This document shows, piece by piece, positions 1 to 11,898 of a stretch of DNA of 48,557 bases. Location: positions 51,107,467 through 51,156,023 of the forward strand of contig NC_068987.1 in NCBI RefSeq assembly GCF_001194135.2. Reading direction: 5' to 3'. A program made the translations under genes and the position numbers. The notes beneath the pieces were generated by a model. The model had not been told where the DNA came from and did no database searches. It saw only the letters and a program-made list of their open reading frames with translations. Each line of letters starts with the position of its first letter. Positions within the stretch are counted from its first letter, which is position 1. The stretch is from Octopus bimaculoides (Eukaryota).

Positions 1-185
1 AATAATAATTTTTCCAGAGGATGTAGCAACCGTTACCAATATAGCATAAGAACTTACCTTAGGAGATCATTAACTAGATTCCTTAAGGGTCGTTCTCACA
101 GTTTATATTTATATTATAAGGTTTTTAAACTTTTAAATTTTCATATTCAAAAGAGACAGAGACTTCAAATTCGATATGTCGAATA

Positions 186-217
<32 letters not shown>

Positions 218-675
218 AATATATATGTATATATTCACACACATTTCTCTATACATGATTACATTACGTGGGCATTACCTACATACATGCATACATATAT
301 ACATGCATATATACATATTATTGTGTGTGCAAGGGCGCGCGTGTATGTATGTGTGTACCTGCATGATGTAAATAAAGGCTATCATACGAATGTGGAGAAT
401 ATGTAGTAGGGACTAGACATAAAGGAAAAGGTAAAACCATTGTGATTACCAAACGTTTGGTAAAGGTTTGAGATTCTTGCAGAGACAGCTATTTTAAACA
501 AGATAGCACTGATAGACCGGAATTAACAAGTACTTTCTTATCGCTGTCAGTATTCATCGAAGTTAAAATGGTAATTTGATTCTGAAAAGTCGCTGATTAG
601 TCGTACAGGAACATATGCACGCATACACCAACACAAACATGCATAAGCATACACACACAAGCATGTGTGCGCGTG

Positions 676-708
<33 letters not shown>

Positions 709-1139
709 NNNNNNNNNNNNNNNNNNNNNNNNNNNNNNNNNNNNNNNNNNNNNNNNNNNNNNNNNNNNNNNNNNNNNNNNNNNNNNNNNNNNNNNNNNNN
801 NNNNNNNNNNNNNNNNNNNNNNNNNNNNNNNNNNNNNNNNNNNNNNNNNNNNNNNNNNNNNNNNNNNNNNNNNNNNNNNNNNNNNNNNNNNNNNNNNNNN
901 NNNNNNNNNNNNNNNNNNNNNNNNNNNNNNNNNNNNNNNNNNNNNNNNNNNNNNNNNNNNNNNNNNNNNNNNNNNNNNNNNNNNNNNNNNNNNNNNNNNN
1001 NNNNNNNNNNNNNNNNNNNNNNNNNNNNNNNNNNNNNNNNNNNNNNNNNNNNNNNNNNNNNNNNNNNNNAAACAGGGATTCATCTTCTCTCTTCGCTCCT
1101 TTGCGCCACATGAGCGCAATCCTCCTCCCCCAAAACCAG

Positions 1140-2470
1140 TGAAAGAAATTCAATGTTACTAACCTTTGATGTAGTAAGCCTTTACAGATGACATAGAGAA
1201 GCAATTTCCAACAGATTCACAATGACAACTTATTCTGGAAGACAAAACTTTTTTCTTCAATGGAAAAGCTACACCCAAATTAAAAGCACGGCTATCGGAA
1301 CGAGGTTTTCTCCCGTTTATGCGAACTCAGTGATGGGATGCTTAGAACAAAAACTCTACCAGGAAATAGTGGAGAGGTACAGCACTGAATTTAGGAAGTA
1401 TATTGAAAAAGCATGGAAGAAATACCTCGATGATTGCTTCATAATCTGGACAAAATCTCAAAACACGGTGGAAGAATTCAACATCCTCCTGAACAACCTA
1501 CACCCATCCATCCAATTTACAAAGGAGATGAGCAGTACCAAATTACCATTCCTAGATATAATGAGAATTAAAAAGAACACCGCCATTACCACAGATATAT
1601 ATTATAAACACACAGATACACGCCAATACCTTGAATTTTAAATCGTGCCATCCACCGCATACAAAACATAGCATCCCATACTGCTTAGCCAGAAGAATCT
1701 GTACTATTGTAGATGATCTAGAGACCAGAAATCAGCGCCTGATTGAACTGAAAGAATTGTTACTCAAACAAAAATGCCCGTCACTACTTATAGAAAATGG
1801 TATTCAGCGGGCTTTGAAAATGCCAATACAACTGAGGACACCACAAAGAAGAGAAAAACAAGAACAAATCATACCATTTACAGTGACACACAATCCATGC
1901 CACCAGAACATCTTCAATATCGCTAAAGCAAACCTACCAATCATTGGACAAAGTAAGGAATTGAGAAATATCATTACAGATCAAACTAACTCTCAGTAAG
2001 AGACAGCCTAAAAGCTTGAAAAAGTTATTAACAAAGGCAAGGTTTGACATTAGCAACAAAAATCAACCATTCAGTGTGTCTAAATGCAATGATAGCCGAT
2101 GCGGTACATGCCAATTAATTCATACCGGCCCATATATGAACACAAAAGAAGGGAAAATATTCACAAACGCGAACATGAACTACAAAAGCAGAAATTTAAT
2201 CTACTGTATCAAATGCCCAAATTGTGAAGACCTGTATGTTGGCCAGACAGGTAATGCACTATCAGAACGCTCGTGTGTGCATCGACAACAAAGTAAGAAT
2301 CCAGAAGTCCGCCAAATACCACCGAGTAACCATCTGGCAACATGTTGTTGGAAAACTTTTATGATATTTCCATTTCATAAACTTTACAATCTGGATGAAA
2401 TTGCGAGAAAACTGAGAGAAAAGGACTTTATTAATTAAGAAATTCAAACCCAAGCTTAACAAACAATGAT
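1140..2470 (+). mobile_element. Degenerate Penelope-like retroelement: RT C-terminal half plus GIY-YIG endonuclease, with frameshifts
   Basis: RT motifs LLTFDVVSLY (~1153), YTQIKSTAIGTRFSPVYAN, WKKYLDDCFIIW and LNNLHPSIQFT..LPFLDI; thumb region SCHPPHTKHSIPYCLARRICTIV; Cys linker KCNDSRCGTC; GIY-YIG NLIYCIKCPNCEDLYVGQTG..SER; end REKDFIN/KFKPKLN. Split over ORFs 1222-1641, 1631-1999 and 2016-2438. Confidence 0.93.
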
Positions 2471-2689
2471 TAAATTAATCTTATTTGGGGTTTAAAAATC
2501 TTATCCCTATAATTAAAACACAAAAAAATCTCTAAAAATACTGCTGTCATCATTTCTAAAAATATACATTGAAAAATAGTTTGGCGTCATCTCTAAAAAT
2601 AGCGAAACAACTACTACTGCTGTTCACAGGAACATATATAAAGACAAAAGACAGCCAATCAACTACAGTTGAAACATTCCTGTCACAAC

Positions 2690-2852
2690 CTGGGACCTTG
2701 AAGACTGCTTAAATATAAATCCTGTCAGGTCGCAGGTGTTGTTACAGTCGTTGACCCCAAAGGCACCCCCACAAGAGAGACGGTGCAGAAACAAGACAAC
2801 GATGTACGTAGGGGAGACAGCACGGAGCATAGGAAAGCAGGTAAATGAGGAC
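2690..2852 (+). mobile_element. Short second GIY-YIG endonuclease fragment (PLE-type)
   Basis: Translation contains CRNKTTMYVGETARSIGKQVNE, matching the YIG-x-T-x-R-x-L-x-x-R-x-x-EH half of GIY-YIG. The GIY half is not recognisable. Confidence 0.6.
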
Positions 2853-3157
2853 ATATATACACATATATATATTTACGTATATACACACATATATGTAGGC
2901 ATATATATTAGGTCATCTAATATATATGTAGATACATACATATATACGTATATGTATGTGTGTATATATATATATATTTTATTATATGTATTTATTTTCT
3001 CCTAATTAAAATTTGTAATCTTCGAAACATATGTTGGAAATAAAAGTATGCAGTTAACATATGCGTTTTACTCCATTCATTAAATTTTATATATACATAT
3101 ATATATATATATATGTACATACATATGCATATAAGCTATTTGTAAATGTATGTGGCC

Positions 3158-3193
<36 letters not shown>

Positions 3194-3271
3194 TATATAT
3201 ATATATATATCGACATGCACATACACATACACATTTATCTATATACATCACCTCCATATATATATACATAA

Positions 3272-3335
<64 letters not shown>

Positions 3336-3589
3336 TTGTGTGTGTGTGTGTGTGTTTATATACACTGACACATACACACATATTGTACACTAATAGTGTT
3401 CTGCACGAGTGGGGTATAAAGCAAATACGAAACAATAACAGCCACAAAAATATATGCATTCTTTAAGCACAAAAATTAAAGTAAAAACGGAGTAAAGGAA
3501 AAGTGGTAGATTTACAAGATGAAGAGAAGAAAATATGAAGGCATAGAAGAGGTTGAAGGAATCGAAGAGAAAGACGAAGATGAATTTGA

Positions 3590-3700
3590 TGATGTTTATG
3601 ACGTTGATGATGATGATGATGCTGATAATGAAGATTATCTTGATGATGATAATGATGATGATGATGATGATTATTATTATTTTGATGATAACCAGGAAAC
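3590..3700. repeat. Degenerate (GAT)n microsatellite
   Basis: Visible GAT/GAT-AAT runs; these produce the Asp-, His- and Ile-rich spurious ORFs at 3390-3747. Confidence 0.9.
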
Positions 3701-4084
3701 AGAAAAAGAAGCACTTGGAAAATAGCAAAGAGCACCATGAATACTAAATATATCTACAAAGGATGCATCAAAATGAGAAATAAGAACGGAAGTCCAAAAG
3801 ACTGAAGCAAATTGCAATGTGAAGACTTCGCTTAATATACATCAAGTACTGCTCACCATGGAGTCTTACGCAATGAGGAGACTGTTTACAGGGATAAAAT
3901 AAGCTTGTTAAATTACGCATGCAGATTATCAAGTATTTGAAACGTATGAGGAGACGCCTATCAAAGTTATCTACAATCAGTTAATCAGTTATTGAATTTA
4001 ACATACGAGGAAAGTTGATTGCATATTCAGACATATTTGGTTGATAGGCGGACAAATATCAAAAATACAGCTCCATCACACTTG

Positions 4085-4235
4085 GATACTGAGGTGTACA
4101 CATAAGTATACAGTTGTGCGGTGAGAAATCTGATAGACAGCAAGAGTGTATCAAGTCAATTTCCTTTAGATTCAGGCCGTACAAAATTTGTGAGCATATT
4201 TGGGAGACGGAAAGTAAATGAAACCCGTCGGAGAC
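4085..4235 (+). mobile_element. Highly diverged fragment of the tRNA-derived SINE family seen at 8519
   Basis: ttcaggccgtacaaaatttgtgagcatatttgggagacggaaagtaaatgaaacccgtcg resembles ctcgggccgaccaaagccttgtgagtggatttggtagacggaaactgaaagaagcccgtcg at ~8620-8680. Confidence 0.55.
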
Positions 4236-4391
4236 GAACAGCATTCCTCCATATGATCGGCTTGGAAAATTGTTAATTTATTAAGATATTTTCCTAAACA
4301 TGAAACCAATAGTAGGCTTAATACACAAATAAAGAAATTCTATCCACCAATGCCGTGTTGAGCATTTATTTTCATCGTTCATCAATTGCAC

Positions 4392-4446
<55 letters not shown>

Positions 4447-4456
4447 NNNNNNNNNN

Positions 4457-4548
4457 CACAACGTTTTGGCTGATATACCCTCCAGCTTTCATCAGGTGTT
4501 TTGGGGAAATTTCGAACCTGGGTTCTTATTCCTAAGGATTTTTCAATG

Positions 4549-4582
<34 letters not shown>

Positions 4583-4673
4583 GATTATTATTATTTTTCA
4601 GGTCACTGCCTGGAACCGAACTCGGAATCTTGAGCTTAGTAGCCCGGGCACTTAACCACTACGCTACATGCCC
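4457..4673 (-). mobile_element. SINE-like element: tRNA-derived head, (TAA)n spacer, PLE-type tail with HHR-like core
   Basis: Minus strand 4673-4601 is a 73-nt tRNA-like head with A-box TAGCGTAGTGG and B-box-like GAGTTCGGTTCC. It is followed by an AT-rich triplet repeat and CTGATGA-a-agctg..cagcc-AAAAC. Truncated by a 10-N gap. Confidence 0.75.
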
Positions 4674-4682
4674 ACGGGCATA

Positions 4683-4826
4683 AACCCAAGGGCATATTCC
4701 CAAGACACCTGATGAAAGCTGGAGGGTATATTAGCTGAAACGTTGTGTTAACAAAAAAGATGAGGACAAATATCCGTTAAATGTAAATAACGTAAATTAT
4801 GTGCATAATTCATCTCTTAAATATAG

Positions 4827-4830
<4 letters not shown>
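4683..4830 (+). mobile_element. Inverted second copy of the same PLE-type tail
   Basis: About 4698-4747 is a near-exact reverse complement of about 4457-4506. Contains CTGATGA (4709-4715), stem AGCTG/TAGCT and GAAAC (4737-4741). Confidence 0.8.
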
Positions 4831-4871
<41 letters not shown>

Positions 4872-5602
4872 NNNNNNNNNNNNNNNNNNNNNNNNNNNNN
4901 NNNNNNNNNNNNNNNNNNNNNNNNNNNNNNNNNNNNNNNNNNNNNNNNNNNNNNNNNNNNNNNNNNNNNNNNNNNNNNNNNNNNNNNNNNNNNNNNNNNN
5001 NNNNNNNNNNNNNNNNNNNNNNNNNNNNNNNNNNNNNNNNNNNNNNNNNNNNNNNNNNNNNNNNNNNNNNNNNNNNNNNNNNNNNNNNNNNNNNNNNNNN
5101 NNNNNNNNNNNNNNNNNNNNNNNNNNNNNNNNNNNNNNNNNNNNNNNNNNNNNNNNNNNNNNNNNNNNNNNNNNNNNNNNNNNNNNNNNNNNNNNNNNNN
5201 NNNNNNNNNNNNNNNNNNNNNNNNNNNNNNNNNNNNNNNNNNNNNNNNNNNNNNNNNNNNNNNNNNNNNNNNNNNNNNNNNNNNNNNNNNNNNNNNNNNN
5301 NNNNNNNNNNNNNNNNNNNNNNNNNNNNNNNNNNNNNNNNNNNNNNNNNNNNNNNNNNNNNNNNNNNNNNNNNNNNNNNNNNNNNNNNNNNNNNNNNNNN
5401 NNNNNNNNNNNNNNNNNNNNNNNNNNNNNNNNNNNNNNNNNNNNNNNNNNNNNNNNNNNNNNNNNNNNNNNNNNNNNNNNNNNNNNNNNNNNNNNNNNNN
5501 NNNNNNNNNCCCTACTTTTTGTGGTATGTAGTCTTGCTGCTATTTCTAGCGGGTTAGATGTCCTATTACAGGCATCTCTGTATTTTAAATGTATTTTAAA
5601 TG

Positions 5603-5630
<28 letters not shown>

Positions 5631-5639
<9 letters not shown>

Positions 5640-5810
5640 TGGGGAAGGCTGGTGTATGAGGTTACCTTAGGTTTCCCGTCCATAATGGGTTTAGCATTAT
5701 GGCATTTCATCTCCAAATCCTCTTGGCCAATGACGATCATGAGCCAATATGTTATGGACTGGAAACCTAAGGTAATCCCATAAACCGGCCTTCTCCATTT
5801 TTAATATATA
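5631..5810. repeat. ~180-bp palindromic element with ~55-bp inverted arms (two opposed PLE-like tails)
   Basis: attaaaatggggaaggctggtgtatgaggttaccttaggtttcccgtccataa pairs with ttatggactggaaacctaaggtaatcccataaaccggccttctccatttttaat. Confidence 0.85.
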
Positions 5811-7057
5811 CTGCTCTACATCTTAGAGTATGCTTCTTCTTCCGGTTTTATGTTTTTAACAAATGATATCGAATATGAGAATGAGTGTTCAGTATCTCAT
5901 TGGTGAATAAAAGTTTTTTATGGGTTAAGGCTAACATTGGTTTTATACTAACAGAGAAATCCCCGAATAATTATCAGGCCCACCACATGGAACCTGGGTA
6001 CTCGCCTCCATCTTGGAATTAAAGACGATAAATTCACATAAGATCACGATAAATTAACGCAAAATTTAGGGTAAAGAAAAAAAATATAAGGTGGAGCAAC
6101 TGTTGAATTATCATCTCCCTTACAAAAATTTAGGTGAAATTCTATTCGAATCGAATTTTCTTCAGATATTTAGATAGATACATATATTTGCATTAACATG
6201 CGCTTAATAGTTCATATTTACATATACGTGCATCTGGTTGGGACGTTTCATATGTTTATCGCATGTTTTGGTGTCAAATTTTTTACAGTATTTTTGTAAG
6301 TGAGCATATTTTATAATTTTGTGCATTTATTCATAAATCTGTGTATATATTCAGTCTATGGATCACATTACATTTGATGCGGTATGGTTTATAGTAATAA
6401 GAATAAAAACGAATGGTTATATAAGGTACTACTACACATGTTTCGTAGCATTTTTGTTTAGAACACGAGTACAGTATACAATTTAATGTGAATGACATTA
6501 CACAATGTTAAATGTTCTAAATAAAAACGTCACGGAAACATGTGTAGTAACACTGAAAATGACAATTTGTATTACTATAAATCATATATATTTAGAAAAA
6601 AATTACACTGTATGGAAAACCCTTGCGTGCTATCAGTACGGTACCCCATTCTGAAACGTTGCTCGAGGAAATTGATCAACATTTTCAACTATCACTACAA
6701 ACAATTTTCTTGCTTCTATATTTCTTACTAAATAATTGCTTCAAACAAGGACAAGTTTTGATTGCATCTTGCATGTGTAATAAATAAGTTTGCATCTATG
6801 GTTATCTTTATTTGGAATGTGTTTGACTTCAGGGATTACCGGGCTGTTTTAAACAATATATTCTTAGTTTTGACACCAGGTCCATAGAGAAAACTTGTTG
6901 CGTCCAATTTCTATAAGTTTAGCGAATTTATGTAAATGCCAATGATTTTAGATTGTTGAAAGAAGTTTTTGAAGTAAAGGATTATAAATTACAAACTGAA
7001 CAATATGAATGAAGAGAGTATTGGAAACAACGTGAAATATGTATGAGTATATATCTA

Positions 7058-7091
<34 letters not shown>

Positions 7092-7101
7092 CATATATCA
7101 A

Positions 7102-7144
<43 letters not shown>

Positions 7145-8518
7145 ATCTATCTATATATATATATGCATATATATACGTACATATATATATAAGGAAGTCA
7201 GGAAAATAAACTAAAAAATGCGAGTGTGTGGGAGGGAATCCCTTAGCTGGAGTTGCAGGTTATTTGATTTTATTTGTATAGACACATTGAAAGTTACATG
7301 AATATATTTCCATCTAAAACCTTATACTTGGCTTGATACTTCGGAATCTGTCACATATCAGAGTAGTGAAAGAATCATTGAAATGTAGTGGAAATCTGAT
7401 TGTTGTGATCAGAATTGAAATTTAGATAATAGCAAAATACATGAATATTAATGCTTCTTTAATATTTGAAATATTTCTCGATTTGCAATTACTTAGTGGC
7501 CCCCCCCACCCTGCACACAAATACATACACACACAATATATATATATATATATATANNNNNNNNNNNNNNNNNNNNNNNNNNNNNNNNNNNNNNNNNNNN
7601 NNNNNNNNNNNNNNNNNNNNNNNNNNNNNNNNNNNNNNNNNNNNNNNNNNNNNNNNNNNNNNNNNNNNNNNNNNNNNNNNNNNNNNNNNNNNNNNNNNNN
7701 NNNNNNNNNNNNNNNNNNNNNNNNNNNNNNNNNNNNNNNNNNNNNNNNNNNNNNNNNNNNNNNNNNNNNNNNNNNNNNNNNNNNNNNNNNNNNNNNNNNN
7801 NNNNNNNNNNNNNNNNNNNNNNNNNNNNNNNNNNNNNNNNNNNNNNNNNNNNNNNNNNNNNNNNNNNNNNNNNNNNNNNNNNNNNNNNNNNNNNNNNNNN
7901 NNNNNNNNNNNNNNNNNNNNNNNNNNNNNNNNNNNNNNNNNNNNNNNNNNNNNNNNNNNNNNNNNNNNNNNNNNNNNNNNNNNNNNNNNNNNNNNNNNNN
8001 NNNNNNNNNNNNNNNNNNNNNNNNNNNNNNNNNNNNNNNNNNNNNNNNNNNNNNNNNNNNNNNNNNNNNNNNNNNNNNNNNNNNNNNNNNNNNNNNNNNN
8101 NNNNNNNNNNNNNNNNNNNNNNNNNNNNNNNNNNNNNNNNNNNNNNNNNNNNNNNNNNNNNNNNNNNNNNNNNNNNNNNNNNNNNNNNNNNNNNNNNNNN
8201 NNNNNNNNNNNNNNNNNNNNNNNNNNNNNNNNNNNNNNNNNNNNNNNNNNNNNNNNNNNNNNNNNNNNNNNNNNNNNNNNNNNNNNNNNNNNNNNNNNNN
8301 NNNNNNNNNNNNNNNNNNNNNNNNNNNNNNNNNNNNNNNNNNNNNNNNNNNNNNNNNNNNNNNNNNNNNNNNNNNNNNNNNNNNNNNNNNNNNNNNNNNN
8401 NNNNNNNNNNNNNNNNNNNNNNNNNNNNNNNNNNNTATATATATATATATATATATGTGTATATATATGTGTGTGTGTTTCTGTATGTATGTGTGTATAA
8501 TTCTCTTATTCTCATCAT

Positions 8519-8744
8519 AGGCGCAGGAGTGGCTGTGTAGTAAGTAGCTTGCTTACAAACCACATGGTTCTAGGTTCAGTCCCACTGCGTGGCACGTTGG
8601 GCAAGTTTCTTCTACTATAGCCTCGGGCCGACCAAAGCCTTGTGAGTGGATTTGGTAGACGGAAACTGAAAGAAGCCCGTCGTATATATGTATATATATA
8701 TATACATATATATATATGCATATATATATATGTGTGTGTTTGTA

Positions 8745-8778
<34 letters not shown>

Positions 8779-8976
8779 TGTGTCTGTGTTTGTCCCCCCA
8801 CCATCGCTTGATAACCGATGCTGGTGTGTTTACGTCCCCGTAACTTAGCGGTTCGGCAAAAAGTGACCTTTTGAATAAGTACTAGGCTTACAAAAATAAG
8901 TCCTGGTGTCGATTTTCTCGACTAAAGGCGGTGTTCCAGCATGGCCGCAGTCAAATGACTGAAAGAAGTAAAAGAG
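8519..8976 (+). mobile_element. Full-length tRNA-derived SINE with internal microsatellite
   Basis: A-box-like TGGCTGTGTAGT, B-box-like GGTTCAGTCCC, central ttgggcaagt segment (CORE-like), internal (AT)/(GT) repeat and 3' tail ending gtcaaatgactgaaagaagtaaaag. A second full-length copy lies at 26981-27400. Confidence 0.9.
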
Positions 8977-9431
8977 TAGTTTTAATCTTTCGACTGAGTT
9001 TTTTTTTTATGTTATTACATTATCAATCAATGGGAGAATGGCAATACTGCGTTCTGAGAGTTAGAAGAAGCTCTAATTTTTCTTTGCTAATTTTGGGGTG
9101 CTGAATCAAAAAATGAACTCCATTTTCTCCCATCAGGTCAGGTTTGGGTGGTATAAAAAAAAACCATTAAAAAAAAACAAAACAGAATTTTCAAATGCTA
9201 TTGTGTCCTGATATTTCTAAATACTATTTTTAGTTCCCCAACTTATAACAATACTATCAGAAGATCAGTCAGTTTACACAACCAATTTTGTTTGGTCCTC
9301 ACTCCCCGATACGTATACACATTCGCGCGCACACACATGCACATAAATTTAATACATGAATACATAAACATTATAATGAATATACATACATACATACATA
9401 CTTACATACACACATACATACATGCATAACA

Positions 9432-9740
9432 GAAAACTGTGTACAGTTGTGGAATTATGTTACTAAGCGGATGTCAACATAAAGCTGAAGATGAGTGAAA
9501 AAGAGAATACCTACGCTGAACTATTGAGAAATCTGCAGTTACTCTATCCAGATTACAAGATCTGGTTTATACCTGTAACTATTAGGGTACTGGGATATGT
9601 AACACACTGCCTAAATATCAATCTGAATAACAATTAGGCTTCTGAAAACCGGAAAGTTGAAAGCTGGTTCGAATACTACAGCTCCAATCAATCACTGGAA
9701 CTGTAAAACTCTGTAAAACTTGCAAGAAGTTTATCATTGA
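9432..9740 (+). mobile_element. R4/Dong-type non-LTR retrotransposon, C-terminal restriction-like endonuclease remnant
   Basis: Manual translation gives VVEL..ADVNIKLKMSEKENTYAELLRNLQLLYPDYKIWFIPVTIRVLGYVTHCL and, after a frameshift, KLVRILQLQSITGTVKLCKT. This matches the EK..KY..L....IPV.IGALG...LQ....GT..I pattern. Confidence 0.75.
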
Positions 9741-9961
9741 TGTGTATATGCGCATGTCTACATATGCAAGTATATGCATGAGAATACATACATAAAACGA
9801 AACATACAAATCTGCGCGTATACATACATATGTACAAAAATACCCTGTTGATATTGTTGAAATTCCAATGACGGACCCTTGGTTCGATGTTAGCAGCCAG
9901 CATTTTCTCTTTTGGCAATAAATGTTGCAATAAAAATGAATAACATACACACATGCATACA

Positions 9962-9993
<32 letters not shown>

Positions 9994-10111
9994 ATATATA
10001 CATATACAGACATACTTACGTGCATATATATCTATCTCTCTCTATCTCTCTCTCTATATATATATACATATACACACATACACGCATATGTTCATTCCCA
10101 CATACATACGT

Positions 10112-10150
<39 letters not shown>

Positions 10151-11898
10151 CATGTGTTAACAGTAGAGAATTTAGTTGTAGTTTAGTTTCAGGTAGACTT
10201 TGCTCTAGCAGACCTATACACGAAGACATTCGAGCGATGTTTTACTGTTCTTTTGTTGTTGAGTCAATAGAAAATATTTTGAAGAAATTAGCTGTTATTT
10301 CTAGCTGGTGAATTGAACACGTTATGGACCACTAATTTAACGTTCTACAAATTTAGCAACAGGCACTTTATTTTCTTCAGAGTGGTGTATATTGTCGCCA
10401 GGAAATGTTATTAATTAACAATGATAATTAGATTATAGAGAAATATAAAATAAATCATTGTAGACCAGACGAAAATGTAATGAACATTTAATAGATCATC
10501 AGACAACGAGACATTTCTCATTTAAAAGCCATAGCTACGTCAATGTCTGTCCGATAACTTTTGAAGAACTAACAGGCTCTGTATGCAAAATATAATCTTT
10601 CTGTAATTTACATCTTAAATTAGAACTGAAATAAGAATTAATAATTTATTTTCTTTCAAATTATAATGGTTAATTGATTTTTACACTGAACACGTTATAC
10701 TCTTCTTGTATAGAAGCAATATGCCACGAATATACAAAGTCTCCTCACAACCCACTTCAACATTAAACCCAATTACTTGAAAACGTCCCTTAATTTACAC
10801 TTTCGAATCAACTTATATTAAAGTTACAGCGAAGAAGCGTTTACTTGGTTTCACTTTTACATGAAATAGCAGCAAGTCTCTCTGAAATTAGACTTTCACG
10901 TTTGAACAAATGAAAAACATACGATGCACAATAATTCTTAACCCCGAAGCGGACGTTGCTATTACTTGGGAGGGGGTTTGATCATAAATCTCTGCTTGCT
11001 CAGGAATGTCTAACTACTAAACAGGAGGAAAAACAGTCTTAATTACACGTGAAAAAAAACAAACTAGATAGGTAATAGGAATGTTAAATAGTTCAACCTG
11101 TTAAGTATTGTTAAAGCTAAAAATAGATGACAGCTGTAATCATTCCAGAGTGTGTTGGCATATTTTAGTCTCTCTCGTAATGATTTACAAATTAAAATTT
11201 AGGTGTAATCCCATGGTCAATCGCGACCAAAGGGTGTCTTTATCCCTTTTTAACTCAATAGGAACCTTCGATAATTTTGTTTTAGATATAACTACCACTA
11301 CCAATCTAACTGCAATTAAAAACGTCTAGGGCATTTATGTAGAATTCTAGAGATCGAAATCTCATCCCTACAGAGAACCAAACAGGAAACTATAAATCAT
11401 TCACGAAAAATAGGTAAAACAATCCTGGCTTAAACCACAGGTCATCCTCGATGTTTCCCGAAACTTTATCCATAATTAGGTCACACTTTCGAACACGCAG
11501 AAATACAGACATTTTTGCAGCATAATGTTATGATGAGTTATATTTAACTAAACAATATCACTTGCCGTGTCACACACAAAATCATTTACACCTAAACAAT
11601 ATTCATCTATGTGCAATTCGCATCCCAACGGGTGGTGTCCTAAGTGAATAGATGGAATTTACTGCCAGTAACATTTACGCTAAACATGCAATAAGTTTTA
11701 CGCTAACCTCGCACACTTTCAGGCGCTGGGACAATGAAAACAGTCCTACTTTATCTGGAGGAACCAAGTATGACATGGAAGATTCCCAACGAAGTATGTC
11801 GATTGTCTTTTGTCTGAAAAAACCTACACTTATATGTTAACTGAAACTTATACGTCAACAAGAACTAAGATGGAATCTAGTGACACCAAGTTTTTTTT

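Noticed and set aside
446-463. Perfect 18-bp palindrome ttaccaaacgtttggtaa
   Set aside because: Isolated with no extended arms; one such palindrome is plausible by chance in 48 kb of AT-rich DNA.
3390-3747. Asp-rich, poly-His and poly-Ile ORFs
   Set aside because: Translations of a (GAT)n microsatellite in several frames; no domain or splice support.
4601-4673. Candidate tRNA gene
   Set aside because: The anticodon loop is non-canonical, the T-stem is mispaired, and the sequence continues into a repeat tail. Interpreted as a SINE head.
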